64,000 nucleotides of DNA from Promethearchaeota archaeon (GCA_030599585.1 JAUVNS010000005.1:224001-288000); one strand, 5' to 3'; shown: positions 30,655-40,905, counted from the stretch's first letter. The notes: generated from the letters alone by a model not told the origin. Numbers and translations: made by a program.

Positions 30655-31518
30655 ATGAGTATATTAGAAAAATTTGATCAAAGAACCAAAGGTATTGAAG
30701 CTAAAATAGGTATTGGATTAGGAGAATCAGAGCTTCATAATATTAAAATCTTAAAAGCTGCAATATCAACTTTAATACCAAAGCATAATTCATTTTTTTT
30801 CTTCGGAAACAGAAAATCAATAGACCAAATCGCTGATAATAAATTCTTTAGTAAAAATAAAGAAATTATTACTTTAGTTGATTCAGATGAACCTATTTCT
30901 GAAATTCTCAATTATCTTAAAAATAATCAAATTTCAAGCGTCGTGAGAGGAAACTTAGACTCAACCAAATTCTTACTAGGACTTCAGTCCATTCTAAATA
31001 TAATAGAAATTAATAGGTTAGCGCTGCTAGAAACTTTCAAGGGGTATCAGTTTTTTTTCGGACCCGTAGGTATAGACGAATGCATTGATTTCGATAGCAA
31101 AATTTTATTCGTTAATAAAGCAATCAATGAAATAAAAGCATTAAATTTAGAACCTAAAGTAAATATATTAAGTGGTGGAAGAATCGGAGATATAGGGAGA
31201 AATCCTAAAGTAGATAGTAGTATCGAAGAAGCTCAAAAAGTTGTAGACCATTTTAGAGAACAAAATTCGTCTTTAAAAATTGAACATTCAGAGATTTTAA
31301 TTGAAAATGCGATCGCTAAAAAAACTAATTTAATCATCGCTCCTGATGGGATTACAGGAAACTTAATGTATAGAACTTTGGTTCATTTAGGAGGAGGTAA
31401 AGCCTATGGTGCGATTTATATGGATATTGATCGCGCAATTGTCGATACTTCCCGAGTAGGCGATATCTCTGAAATCAGAGGGGCCATTATTTTAGCTCAA
31501 AGTCTAAGTTCTCGTTAA
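30655..31518 (+). CDS. MtxX (methanogenesis marker 4) / phosphotransacetylase-like protein
   Basis: VRGNL, RLALLE, PVGIDE, LSGGRIGDIGR, ILIENA, APDGITGNLMYRTL, VDTSR. Confidence 0.8.
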   Translation: MSILEKFDQRTKGIEAKIGIGLGESELHNIKILKAAISTLIPKHNSFFFFGNRKSIDQIADNKFFSKNKEIITLVDSDEPISEILNYLKNNQISSVVRGNLDSTKFLLGLQSILNIIEINRLALLETFKGYQFFFGPVGIDECIDFDSKILFVNKAINEIKALNLEPKVNILSGGRIGDIGRNPKVDSSIEEAQKVVDHFREQNSSLKIEHSEILIENAIAKKTNLIIAPDGITGNLMYRTLVHLGGGKAYGAIYMDIDRAIVDTSRVGDISEIRGAIILAQSLSSR

Positions 31519-31625
31519 AAATCTAATTCCACAAAGAAATTAGTGATTTAAATGTTGATTAAAATACAATTAGTTTGAGACGTGGTGAACCAGAACAGCT
31601 TCTTTTATAAAAAATAAAAAAAAAT

Positions 31626-31925
31626 TTAAGTTATTGCTCCAAGTAAGGTAGCTACAAGAATTATGATACCGCCAATTAATACTCCAAAGATGATGACACC
31701 TACTCCGAGAATTCCCAAAAAAACAGGAGCGTAATGGATTGGTCTGATACCTAGCAATATCACAAGAATGGCAAAGAGAAGAGCAACTGCACCTCCAATT
31801 GCGCCCCATCCCCATTCTACTAATGAAACCCCTGCTATTTTTAAAACTGCTTCTATTAAAACTATAATACCGCTCGCGATTGCCGTTATACGCATAACTA
31901 CATCGCTTTCTTGAATTTCACTCAT
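31626..31925 (-). CDS. small Gly-rich membrane protein
   Basis: 99 aa, 3-4 TM helices. Confidence 0.7.
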   Translation of the reverse strand: MSEIQESDVVMRITAIASGIIVLIEAVLKIAGVSLVEWGWGAIGGAVALLFAILVILLGIRPIHYAPVFLGILGVGVIIFGVLIGGIIILVATLLGAIT

Positions 31926-32100
31926 ATTAAGACACCATAATTTAAATGCTAATTAAATAAAGAATAGACAACTTCTCCTTAAATATTTATAGCCTATTCC
32001 TCTTAAACATTTAATATTTTTAATTTATAGCTGAATTTTAAGGTGGGAAATGTAAATAGTAAAAGTCTTAAAATTAGTTCAATTTCGCTTATAAATAAAA

Positions 32101-32204
32101 TGGGAGAGGGGGGATTCGAACCCCCGGCCACTCGGCCCCCAGCCGATTAGAAATAGTTTGAGAAATCCAAACTAAGGTATCATACCAAGCTAGACCACCC
32201 TCCC
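32101..32204 (-). tRNA. tRNA-Pro(GGG) with 30-nt intron at about 27/28, intron 32147-32176
   Basis: Acceptor GGGAGGG/CTCTCCC; spliced anticodon arm CTCGG-CTGGGGG-CCGAG; GGGGG-TTCGAAT-CCCCC; intron hairpin TAGTTTG/CAAACTA. Confidence 0.88.
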
Positions 32205-32384
32205 TTCTAAAAAATGATGTAATCCTTAGACTATACACCTAAAAAATAGTCCAACTTCGATTTTTATAAATTAAAATCATAAATTCTATTTATTTTTAAT
32301 GATATCCGAAGTTCATAAAGGCAACATTAATATTGGAAATGTATTAAATTTAAAAATTAAAGAAAAAATAATTTTTTAATCTCC

Positions 32385-33911
32385 TTAAGCTTTTTCTTCA
32401 TCGCGAAGTGCTTGCTTCATGATTTTACCAGTAGGTGTCTTAGGTAAATCATCTCGAAATTCGACATATTTTGGGATCTTAAAATCTGCTAGATTTTTTT
32501 TACAAAACTTTAATATTTCTTCGGTAGTCACGGATTTTCCTTCTTTTAAAACAATGAAAGCTTTGGGAAGTTCTCCATATATTTTGTCTCGTACCCCTAT
32601 AACTGTCGCCAACGAGACTGCTGGGTGCGAATAAAGTACTTCTTCGATTTCTCTAGGATAGATGTTTTCTCCACCTCGAATAATCATATCTTTTTTACGA
32701 TCTGTTATGTAGAAAAAACCATCTTCGTCTATATGGCCGATATCACCGGTATACAACCAACCATCTTTAAGAGTTTGTGCGTTCGCTTCTGGGTTTTTGA
32801 AGTACTCTTTCATCACATTATCGCCCTTAACAAGAATTTCACCTTTTGAGTTTGGGGGAAGATCATTACCATCACTGTCTACAATTTTCATTTCATTACC
32901 TGGTAATGGTATACCTATACTTCCAATTTTCCGTCGATCTTCAGTATCTGTAGGTATCGGATTAACTGAAGATGCACAAGTACCTTCTGTAAGACCATAA
33001 CCCTCAACAATCCTACATTTAAATGTTTCTTCAAATTCTCTGAATACATTCACGGGTAATGGCGCTGCTCCACAAATTACGAATTCTAAGGAAGAAAGAT
33101 CCAAATTCTCGTGGGGCATTTTAATAAGGATTGATAGTATAGTCGGAACCGCACTGAATGTAGAAGCTTTGTATTTCGCTACTGTTTCCCAATGCGTTTG
33201 GGCAGAAAATCCTGGAGTTAAAATGCAACTAGCTCCAATAGTAAAAGGTGCCATTACGGTAACTATTTGTGCGTTAACATGGAATAATGGCAAAATCAAC
33301 ATAAATCTGTAGTGTTCTTCAGCATTCAGGAAATCTTTTATCATTTCAGCATTTCTTCTTATGTTGTAATGAGTTTGTAAAACGCCTTTAGGAAAACCGG
33401 TTGTCCCTGAAGTATAAAGAATAGCGGCAGGATCATTTTTTTCATCAATTACCACTTCTGGGGGAGCATTCTTAGATGATTTTTCCATTAATTCCCAAAA
33501 ATTTAAAGTTCCCTCAACAGAATCTCCTATAACAATTACGTGTTCTACTTTTTGGAGGTCGTCCTTAATCTCATTAATTACTGCCATTAATTTCGGGATT
33601 GTAACTATAATCCTTGCTTCTGAATGATCCACTACAAATTTAACTTCTCGAGCCTTAAACAATGCATTTACAGGACCAGTAACTGCTCCAATTTTAGGAA
33701 TTCCTAAGTAGAGATAAACAAACTCGGGCATGTTTGGTAGATAAACGCTAACTTTATCTCCTTTCCTTATTCCAAGATCGTAAAGAAAGTTTGCTACTTT
33801 ATTAGTTAATTCATCTATTTGGGAGTAAGAAATGGTTATATCTTCCCAATACATAAATGTTTTATCTTCATATTTTTTTGCTTGATTATTGATTAATTCT
33901 CTTAAATTCAT
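32385..33911 (-). CDS. long-chain fatty acid-CoA ligase (AMP-binding)
   Basis: YTSGTTGFPKG, GYGLTE, YTGDIG, DRKKDMI, PTGKI; ATG 33911 with GAGG SD. Confidence 0.92.
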   Translation of the reverse strand: MNLRELINNQAKKYEDKTFMYWEDITISYSQIDELTNKVANFLYDLGIRKGDKVSVYLPNMPEFVYLYLGIPKIGAVTGPVNALFKAREVKFVVDHSEARIIVTIPKLMAVINEIKDDLQKVEHVIVIGDSVEGTLNFWELMEKSSKNAPPEVVIDEKNDPAAILYTSGTTGFPKGVLQTHYNIRRNAEMIKDFLNAEEHYRFMLILPLFHVNAQIVTVMAPFTIGASCILTPGFSAQTHWETVAKYKASTFSAVPTILSILIKMPHENLDLSSLEFVICGAAPLPVNVFREFEETFKCRIVEGYGLTEGTCASSVNPIPTDTEDRRKIGSIGIPLPGNEMKIVDSDGNDLPPNSKGEILVKGDNVMKEYFKNPEANAQTLKDGWLYTGDIGHIDEDGFFYITDRKKDMIIRGGENIYPREIEEVLYSHPAVSLATVIGVRDKIYGELPKAFIVLKEGKSVTTEEILKFCKKNLADFKIPKYVEFRDDLPKTPTGKIMKQALRDEEKA

Positions 33912-34105
33912 TTTGGTATCCTCTTTCGTTATAAAATTCATACATCTATTCTGATGAATAGGTCTGTAATAACTTAGTATTATTTAAAATCACAAATTAT
34001 ATTTATGTTTATTTATCCCTTTTTTTAAAAGCAATAATTTTTAAATTCTTTAGAGGTTTTTTATTCTTATAATTTTATTAAATTAAATCATTCTTTTGTT
34101 AAATT

Positions 34106-34402
34106 ATGCGCTCCAGAAAACCTTTTACCATTTTTTGGCCTCAATATTTCGATGCAAAAAGGAGTAGATCAAAGGGAAGGCGCATATCGAAGAAGTTTGC
34201 AATCGAAAAAATAACTACAAATGATATTTTAAAAGCTGCAAAACGCTTAGGCTATGAAGCCCATTTCGAAAAAGGTTATCTATATCCTAGAACTTGGTGG
34301 GACGATCCTGGTAGAGTATCAATAGATACGAAAGGTAAGAAGAAGTCAAAAGTCTTAATAGACCTTGCTAAAGAAATGAAAAGAAATCAACTAAAAAAAT
34401 AA
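34106..34402 (+). CDS. srp19: signal recognition particle protein SRP19
   Basis: IFWPQYFDAKRSRSKGRRI, YPRTWW..GRV. Confidence 0.93.
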   Translation: MRSRKPFTIFWPQYFDAKRSRSKGRRISKKFAIEKITTNDILKAAKRLGYEAHFEKGYLYPRTWWDDPGRVSIDTKGKKKSKVLIDLAKEMKRNQLKK

Positions 34403-34412
34403 ATTTGTTATT

Positions 34413-34784
34413 ATGCATGAATTCTCGTTTGCCTACAATATCTTTAAAATAGCAGAAGCTACAGCCATAAAACATAACGCTAAAAAGATAACAGAAGTTC
34501 ACCTTGAAATTGGTGAATTAACATTAATTGTGCCAGAACTTCTCAAACGCTCATTTGAAATGGCGACAACTGGTTCTATTGCAGAGGGCGCAGAACTAGT
34601 AATCGAAATACTTCCTGGTAAAATTAAGTGCAGAGAATGCGGAAAAAACTCATCTGTCACTTTAAGCGAAGAATCACACTTAACCGGTTTACAATTATTT
34701 CAATGTAAACACTGTCAAAGTAAGAATACTGAAATCGTTGATGGAAAAAAAGCAAACATAAAGAATGTCAAAATACAAGAATAA
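34413..34784 (+). CDS. hypA: hydrogenase maturation nickel metallochaperone
   Basis: MHE N-terminus, CRECG and CKHC zinc motifs. Confidence 0.93.
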   Translation: MHEFSFAYNIFKIAEATAIKHNAKKITEVHLEIGELTLIVPELLKRSFEMATTGSIAEGAELVIEILPGKIKCRECGKNSSVTLSEESHLTGLQLFQCKHCQSKNTEIVDGKKANIKNVKIQE

Positions 34785-34874
34785 GTTTCTTGATATAAAT
34801 TAAAAACATCTGAAGTCGTAATTAGTACTGATTCTTCAGATTGATCTTGTATATGTCTTACGACAAAAAAAAGA

Positions 34875-35258
34875 TTATTCACTAATTAAGATGCCATTTA
34901 AAATTCCGTGTTGACCTGGACGACTAGATATTTTTGCTAATCCTTTTTCCGTTTCCACTATTGCGCCTTTAGTAAGAATCTTGCGCCGATTTAGGTCTTT
35001 AGAAGCCGCATTACTTTCGAATTTCAAAATCTTAACCTTTGTGGTTTTATTAGTCGCAGGATCGGTAAGATTCATAAAATTAGACGAGAATAACTTAAGT
35101 TTATAATTGCCTCCAATAGTACGCTGTTTCTTTTTCTTTTCTACTCCAATTTGCGTGTTCATTGGTGGCCGTTCTAATTCTCTTTTTCTTTTTTTATGGA
35201 AATGTTTATATTTTTTTCCAGTATACTTTCGTTTGCTTCTTGCTTGACTTCTTGCCAT
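34875..35258 (-). CDS. rps8e: 30S ribosomal protein eS8
   Basis: SKRKYTG, KRKREL, ILTKGAIVET, SRPGQHG. Confidence 0.96.
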   Translation of the reverse strand: MARSQARSKRKYTGKKYKHFHKKRKRELERPPMNTQIGVEKKKKQRTIGGNYKLKLFSSNFMNLTDPATNKTTKVKILKFESNAASKDLNRRKILTKGAIVETEKGLAKISSRPGQHGILNGILISE

Positions 35259-35439
35259 GATTAAAGGACACTCTTCGAATCAATTAAGATATAATCGATA
35301 ATTATCGATATCTTTAAAATTTTTGCGTTTAGCAGTTTATAATTTTAAATAGAAAAATAAAAATAAGTAAAATTAATGTATTTATTATCATTATTAAAAA
35401 TCGTATACTAATTATAGAACATTTGTTGATTGAGAAAAA

Positions 35440-36081
35440 ATGATGGAGAACAAATCGAAATATCCAAACTTAGATGAAGATTCTGTAAAAAAAATAATTA
35501 AATCGGGTACAACCACAGTAGGGATAATGGTAAAGGATGGCGTTGTAATCGGAACTGAATCTCAGGCTACTGCAGGATATACTGTGGCCACCAAGAAAGC
35601 TCAAAAATTATTTAAAATAAATGACTACACGGCGGCCACTATTAGTGGTGGAGTAGCAGATTGCCAATATGTTGTTAATCAACTACAAGCGCTTTCAAGA
35701 TTAAAACAAGTAGAAGACGATAAAGTACCAGATCCACAATACATTGCAAGCATGACGAGGAATGTTTTGTTTAGCGGAAGATCGTACTTCTTGTGTATGA
35801 TGATCATAGGAGGTTTCTCACAAAAATCTAAAAAAGGACTTCTCTATGGTGTTGATCTTTTAGGAACTCTATATGAAGAAGAAAGATTTATTTCATTCGG
35901 TTCAGGATCTCCATTTTCACTGGGGGTACTGGAGGCAGATTGGACGAAAAATTTAACTAAATCAGCAGGAATAAAATTAATAGAAACAGCGATATCAAGC
36001 TCTCGAGAAAGAGACGCAGCTTCGGGGTTCAGCCTTCAAATAGCTAGCATAGACAAAAATGGTTATAAACAAGTTCAATAA
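35440..36081 (+). CDS. psmB: proteasome beta subunit
   Basis: Propeptide then G/TTTVG; GGVADCQ; GSGS; RDAASG. Confidence 0.95.
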   Translation: MMENKSKYPNLDEDSVKKIIKSGTTTVGIMVKDGVVIGTESQATAGYTVATKKAQKLFKINDYTAATISGGVADCQYVVNQLQALSRLKQVEDDKVPDPQYIASMTRNVLFSGRSYFLCMMIIGGFSQKSKKGLLYGVDLLGTLYEEERFISFGSGSPFSLGVLEADWTKNLTKSAGIKLIETAISSSRERDAASGFSLQIASIDKNGYKQVQ

Positions 36082-36554
36082 TCGCCTACTATAAGTTTTA
36101 TCTGTGTAAGCTTATTATTCAAATAAATAAACCCATTCATCTTATTGTTCCGGGAATCTACAATAATCCAAATTAAATGCGTGAATTTCTTTAAACCGCT
36201 ATTATGGTAATATTTCATGTTATGTTTATCTGTGCTACTAGGAGTTGTTCCAGCAGGATGAGAGTGGAGAATTGCTATTAATTTCAAGTTTTCATTTTTA
36301 ATTTGTGTATTAAGCTCTAACATTTTCTGTTCATTATCTAAAAAAAACGAAATTTCGCTTCCTTTGGTGGAATCTATACAGTGGAAAGAGAGGCTAGAGT
36401 AGTTATAATTAAAATCACCGTTATTATTAACTTCTTGAATATTTCCAAGGATATAACCATTAGCCTCGTTAGGGGATGCTAATTTTATGCAGTTATTGAT
36501 TTTTTCAACTATGGTATCATTAACGTAAAAAACAATATCCTTCTCAAATCTCAT
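36075..36554 (-). CDS. JAB/MPN+ (JAMM) metalloprotease
   Basis: EANGYILG; HSHP...PSSTD. Confidence 0.88.
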   Translation of the reverse strand: MRFEKDIVFYVNDTIVEKINNCIKLASPNEANGYILGNIQEVNNNGDFNYNYSSLSFHCIDSTKGSEISFFLDNEQKMLELNTQIKNENLKLIAILHSHPAGTTPSSTDKHNMKYYHNSGLKKFTHLIWIIVDSRNNKMNGFIYLNNKLTQIKLIVGDY

Positions 36555-36574
36555 ATTTAACTCCGTATATAAAA

Positions 36575-37273
36575 TCAGAATAAAGTTAAAGCAGCGCTCA
36601 GAGTAGCTAATCTTGCCTTTTGATAGTTATCTCCTGAACCTATTATAATTACATCATTTTTTTCAATTTTAACCTTAGCATCTTCAATTTCCGACTTAAA
36701 ATAATTCAATGTTTCAGGATTAATTTTAGTATTTTCTTCTTCATCTTTGATTTCTGTTTTTGTAGGAAAAAATAGATTGACGCCATCGTAAACTAAACAA
36801 GTAGCACCCGAGCCATTAACTTTTATAGCAGCGTCTCTTTGCTCTACTCCATATCTTAACTTCGTAGAGGATTTTTTGACTACACAGAAATACGAATTAA
36901 CGTCTTCTTGTTTAATAATAATATCTTTTAAATACTTTAAATCTGCTTTCCTTAACAATGGGATCTTCTTTTTTACTTTCGCTAAAAATGCAAAACCATT
37001 TTGAGTTAAAACATGTCCCCTCCTCTGTAATTCACCAGCTTTCAAATCTCCTTCGCTTGGAACAATTATATATTTGGTAACATTTTTTAATTTATTAAAC
37101 AATGACTTTACAGTTCCAGCCCCAATTTGTAATTCTTCTTTAATTCGATACCTACCAATTCCTTCTGTATTCTCACCAAATAGAAATAGTGACAATACTA
37201 CATGCACGTAATCGAATGTTGGTTTAATAGTAGGACTTTCAAATAATGGGTCTAATTCACTCAATTCATTCAT
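36575..37273 (-). CDS. archaeal wHTH protein (DUF4443/DUF2111-like)
   Basis: IGRYRIKEELQIGAGTVKS HTH; GVEQRDAAIK...GAT. Confidence 0.75.
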   Translation of the reverse strand: MNELSELDPLFESPTIKPTFDYVHVVLSLFLFGENTEGIGRYRIKEELQIGAGTVKSLFNKLKNVTKYIIVPSEGDLKAGELQRRGHVLTQNGFAFLAKVKKKIPLLRKADLKYLKDIIIKQEDVNSYFCVVKKSSTKLRYGVEQRDAAIKVNGSGATCLVYDGVNLFFPTKTEIKDEEENTKINPETLNYFKSEIEDAKVKIEKNDVIIIGSGDNYQKARLATLSAALTLF

Positions 37274-37401
37274 ACTGTTGATATATAATAAGAATCATCC
37301 GTAAAAAAAACAGTAGGTCAAAAAAAAATATAAATTATTATAGTTTAATATTTTTTATACAATCGAATGTAACTTTTTTATTGAGAAATTGGCGATGATT
37401 C

Positions 37402-38424
37402 ATGGAAAGGAAAACAAAAGATAAAAATCAAAAAGACACCCATGAATTAATCCTATTTAATGAAGTTACTGCATCAGACTCAAAAGTATTTGAACCTGAA
37501 CCACTAGAATATGTAGATCAAGAAGACAAAATAAGCATGGTCTATAAATTAGTTCCTTTTGGTGGAAACTACCTTTATTCTTTACTAATAACGAACCAGA
37601 GCGCCGATCCTATTACAAAGGTTAAAATAAGAATTAATTTTCCGGGATTTTTTAAATTATGTAGGAGCACTCCCCCAACTTTGATCTTAGAATCGTTAGA
37701 ATCGGGGGAAGATGAAAGTAACAAAGATGAGAAAGAAATTGAACAACAACAAGTCGTTATGGAATTTGAAAGCTTAGAAAAAAATTCCAATAAACAGATA
37801 AACCTATATCTATGCCCCCTTTTCTTAGAAAAAACAGGTAAAATTAGATCTTTTATTACTTTTGTTAACAACGCTGATTTTATAAGAGCAATTGACACTG
37901 ATGCCATCCCAATTCAGTTTGATCCCTTCAGTATTGAAAGAAAAATAATACCTTCTTCAGAAATTAAACAGTTTCTAGAAAAACCATGGATAAAAAAAGC
38001 AATTAAAAGCATCGGGATTGGAATTGACAGCCAGCTTGATGAAAAATATTATTTTGACCATATAAATGGAATTCTTGAAACCCATAACTTCCAACTAATT
38101 AGTAAAGATCAAGACACCAAAATAAGTTGGTTTTTTGGAACTGATTTAGTCTCTGGGAACGATGTTTTGATTATTTGTCAAGTATCGGGTCACAAAATAG
38201 AGTGGTTAGCCGCATCGTCAAATCCTCAATTACTCATATCTCTCTTAACGAAATTTATCACCGAATTTGAAAGAGAAATGATAACGCTTGGTCACATAGC
38301 ATCTAACGAACAAATTTTCACTCTGGAATGCAAGTATTGTGGGAATACATTGGCCTACTTTCCACCCAAAGGTGAATCAATTGAGTGTAATAAGTGTAAA
38401 TATGAACAGGTTGTTTGGAATTAA
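37402..38424 (+). CDS. Ig-like (GAE/appendage) + platform-like domain protein with C-terminal zinc ribbon
   Basis: LLITNQSADPITKVKIRI beta sandwich; alpha/beta platform-like segment; CKYCG...CNKC. Confidence 0.55.
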   Translation: MERKTKDKNQKDTHELILFNEVTASDSKVFEPEPLEYVDQEDKISMVYKLVPFGGNYLYSLLITNQSADPITKVKIRINFPGFFKLCRSTPPTLILESLESGEDESNKDEKEIEQQQVVMEFESLEKNSNKQINLYLCPLFLEKTGKIRSFITFVNNADFIRAIDTDAIPIQFDPFSIERKIIPSSEIKQFLEKPWIKKAIKSIGIGIDSQLDEKYYFDHINGILETHNFQLISKDQDTKISWFFGTDLVSGNDVLIICQVSGHKIEWLAASSNPQLLISLLTKFITEFEREMITLGHIASNEQIFTLECKYCGNTLAYFPPKGESIECNKCKYEQVVWN

Positions 38425-38864
38425 CTAATTCAACGAACTTCGTAAAAATATCTTCCTCTCAACAGAAAAAAATGAGTATAGATATATTTTTTTTAAGTTT
38501 CCTATAACGGAAAAATTAATAATACAGCGATACACATTTTAACTTATTTTTTGAAATCTTTTAATATTATTACCACTTTTATATATCAGCTAAAATTTTC
38601 CCATTTTATATATCTTTTTATAGTAATTTTTGATAGGTTCGACAAACTGGTAAAAGAAACTTATATTGCACGAGATGATTCAATTATTATGATTTGAATT
38701 TTGTCGTGAAATTTTTTTCTTTTTTTTCTTTAGAAAATGAAGCACTAACCAAAATCTTTAAATATATAAAAGAACATAATTTATTTGATTAATTAAATTT
38801 GATCAAAAAAGTAACATATAAGGAAAATAACTCAAATAATTAACAAGTGGAGGATTGAATAAAA

Positions 38865-39074
38865 ATGGCTGAATATATTAGTTGGAGTCCAATTCGAAGA
38901 TTAATGAAACACAACGGCGCTGTAATCGTTGCTCGAGATGCTGTCAATGAATTAGTTGATTGGATGAGTACTTCTGCAGTAACAATTACAAAATCTGCGT
39001 TAGTTCTCACGAAACATGGCAAAAGGAAGAAAATCACTCGAGATGACATTTTACTCGCTATTAAATACTTCTAA
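38865..39074 (+). CDS. archaeal histone (HMf-like, tailless)
   Basis: PIRRLMK.GA...DAV..L...A..L.KHGKRKKIT..DI.LA histone fold; GGAGG SD. Confidence 0.93.
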   Translation: MAEYISWSPIRRLMKHNGAVIVARDAVNELVDWMSTSAVTITKSALVLTKHGKRKKITRDDILLAIKYF

Positions 39075-39429
39075 TAGGATTTATAGATTAAGTTTTTAAT
39101 TAAAACACTTTTTTTCTTTTTTTTTTTACTACACCCAATTAAATTGAGAATATTTTGGGAGAATAGGTAAGAAACATTTCTATTTAGAAGGGCAAAATGA
39201 CAAATAGTAATGAGCTTAAAACAAAAATCAATTTTTTTTCAGAAAGTCATTCAAAGATACTATAAAAAAGAAAAACTGTGCTAAATCTCTAATGGTAAAA
39301 GATCTAACACAGTCAAAAAAAAAGATATATGGTGTTGGTGTTAAAAACAACCCGAGATTTATAAGAAAAACCAACCATTTAAATCTTTGGGTTAAAAATT
39401 GTTATGTTTCTGTTGGTTAGGTTTATAAA

Positions 39430-40812
39430 TTATTGGTAAAATTGTGGAAGCCACTGCTTCTCAGCTTCAAACATCTCCTCAACCATGTTTTCAATTTCCT
39501 TAGGAGAACAAACGCTAGCTGTATTAGGATCTAAGAGAACTGCATGGTATATTTTATCTCTATCGAGCAAGAGCTGTCCTTCTACTGCTGCTTTCTGGAC
39601 CATTATATTCGAAGAGCATAACGCCTGACATATGGTAGGTAGGGTAATTCCTCCTTGAGGGTGTAATCCGTGGTAATCAGCGAATACTGGGACTTCAACG
39701 CAACACTCTTTTGGCAGGTTTGTAATCAGAGATCCATTTTTATTTACTACATTTCCATGAAATTTAAACGGTACGTTAGTTTCAATCGCATTTATGATGT
39801 GAGAAACATATTCACCTGAAGGTTTCTTTTTTAGAATTAACTTATTTCGTGATAATTTTCGCTCAAACCTGCGTTCCATTTTTCCTTGGATCCATACTTG
39901 CATCCTAAAATCTTCCGCTTGTAATAAACTATCGAAACCCGTTTTTGCCCCACTATATTTTTCTAATAATTCATTTCTTTTACGATAATAAGGAAGATAT
40001 TCGCTAAGATGTCCAGAAGATTCCGTCATGAAGTATCCCGTTGCTTCCATCATGTTCCATCTAAGAAGTTCTCCTCCAATCATTTTTGGATTGGCTTTGT
40101 ATTTTTTATGTAATAGTGGATATGCGTTTTTCCATGGCGAGTCTGACGAATTCGATTCTCGATACCACAACTCGAGGAACCAAGCCATATGATTAATTCC
40201 GGCACATAAAAAGCTGAAATTTTCTCGTTTAAATCCAATCCAATTGTTTAGCATCCCGCTAGTTCCTTGCACTCCGTGACAGAGTCCAACGGTTGAATCT
40301 GGATTGATAACATTACAATACCAAGTATTCATTGCCATGGGATTCGTATAGTTAAAAAAAAGAGGTTTTCCTTCCTTTTTTTCCCCATTGAAACCTACTT
40401 CGCTAAGCAATTCGACTATCTGCTTTAATATCGGAGCATTTCGTAAGAAACGAAAGATTCCACCAGGACCTAATGTATCTCCAATACATTGAGAAACCCC
40501 GTATTTGAAAGGAATTTCTATATCCGTTTTAAACGCTTCAAGACCTCCAACGTGAATAGCGCTAATAACATACTTTGCGTCAGTTATTGCTCTTTTTAAA
40601 TCAGTTGTTTTTTCGAATGTGACACCTTCTAATAATTCGGGGTACATTTCTTTATGTTTCAGCATCAAATTGTACATTAGGTTTAATCGATGTTCATTAA
40701 TATCCTCAAGACAAATTATCGTATCCTTTTGAAGTGAAGGAAAAGTTAAGATATCGGTAAGGATTGATTCTCCAAATACAATCGAACCTGAACCAATAAA
40801 AGCTATTTTCAT
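39430..40812 (-). CDS. GH4 NAD+-dependent glycoside hydrolase (alpha-galactosidase-like)
   Basis: KIAFIGSGS, IGDTLGPGG, NYTNP, GLCHGV, GINHMAW, TESSGHLSEY. Confidence 0.92.
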   Translation of the reverse strand: MKIAFIGSGSIVFGESILTDILTFPSLQKDTIICLEDINEHRLNLMYNLMLKHKEMYPELLEGVTFEKTTDLKRAITDAKYVISAIHVGGLEAFKTDIEIPFKYGVSQCIGDTLGPGGIFRFLRNAPILKQIVELLSEVGFNGEKKEGKPLFFNYTNPMAMNTWYCNVINPDSTVGLCHGVQGTSGMLNNWIGFKRENFSFLCAGINHMAWFLELWYRESNSSDSPWKNAYPLLHKKYKANPKMIGGELLRWNMMEATGYFMTESSGHLSEYLPYYRKRNELLEKYSGAKTGFDSLLQAEDFRMQVWIQGKMERRFERKLSRNKLILKKKPSGEYVSHIINAIETNVPFKFHGNVVNKNGSLITNLPKECCVEVPVFADYHGLHPQGGITLPTICQALCSSNIMVQKAAVEGQLLLDRDKIYHAVLLDPNTASVCSPKEIENMVEEMFEAEKQWLPQFYQ

Positions 40813-40905
40813 TTTATCACATCTTCAGTTTAAAATTTGAATTTAAAAATTATTCGCAAAATAAAATTTTATGTGTTTCAAATCTTCCAACTTAAAAACG
40901 AGAAG

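Noticed and set aside
38425-38864. Replication origin in the AT-rich spacer
   Set aside because: No ORB-like repeats and no cdc6/orc1 nearby
39197-39420. Two tiny plus-strand ORFs (22 and 42 aa) after the histone gene
   Set aside because: Short, no motifs, compatible with chance
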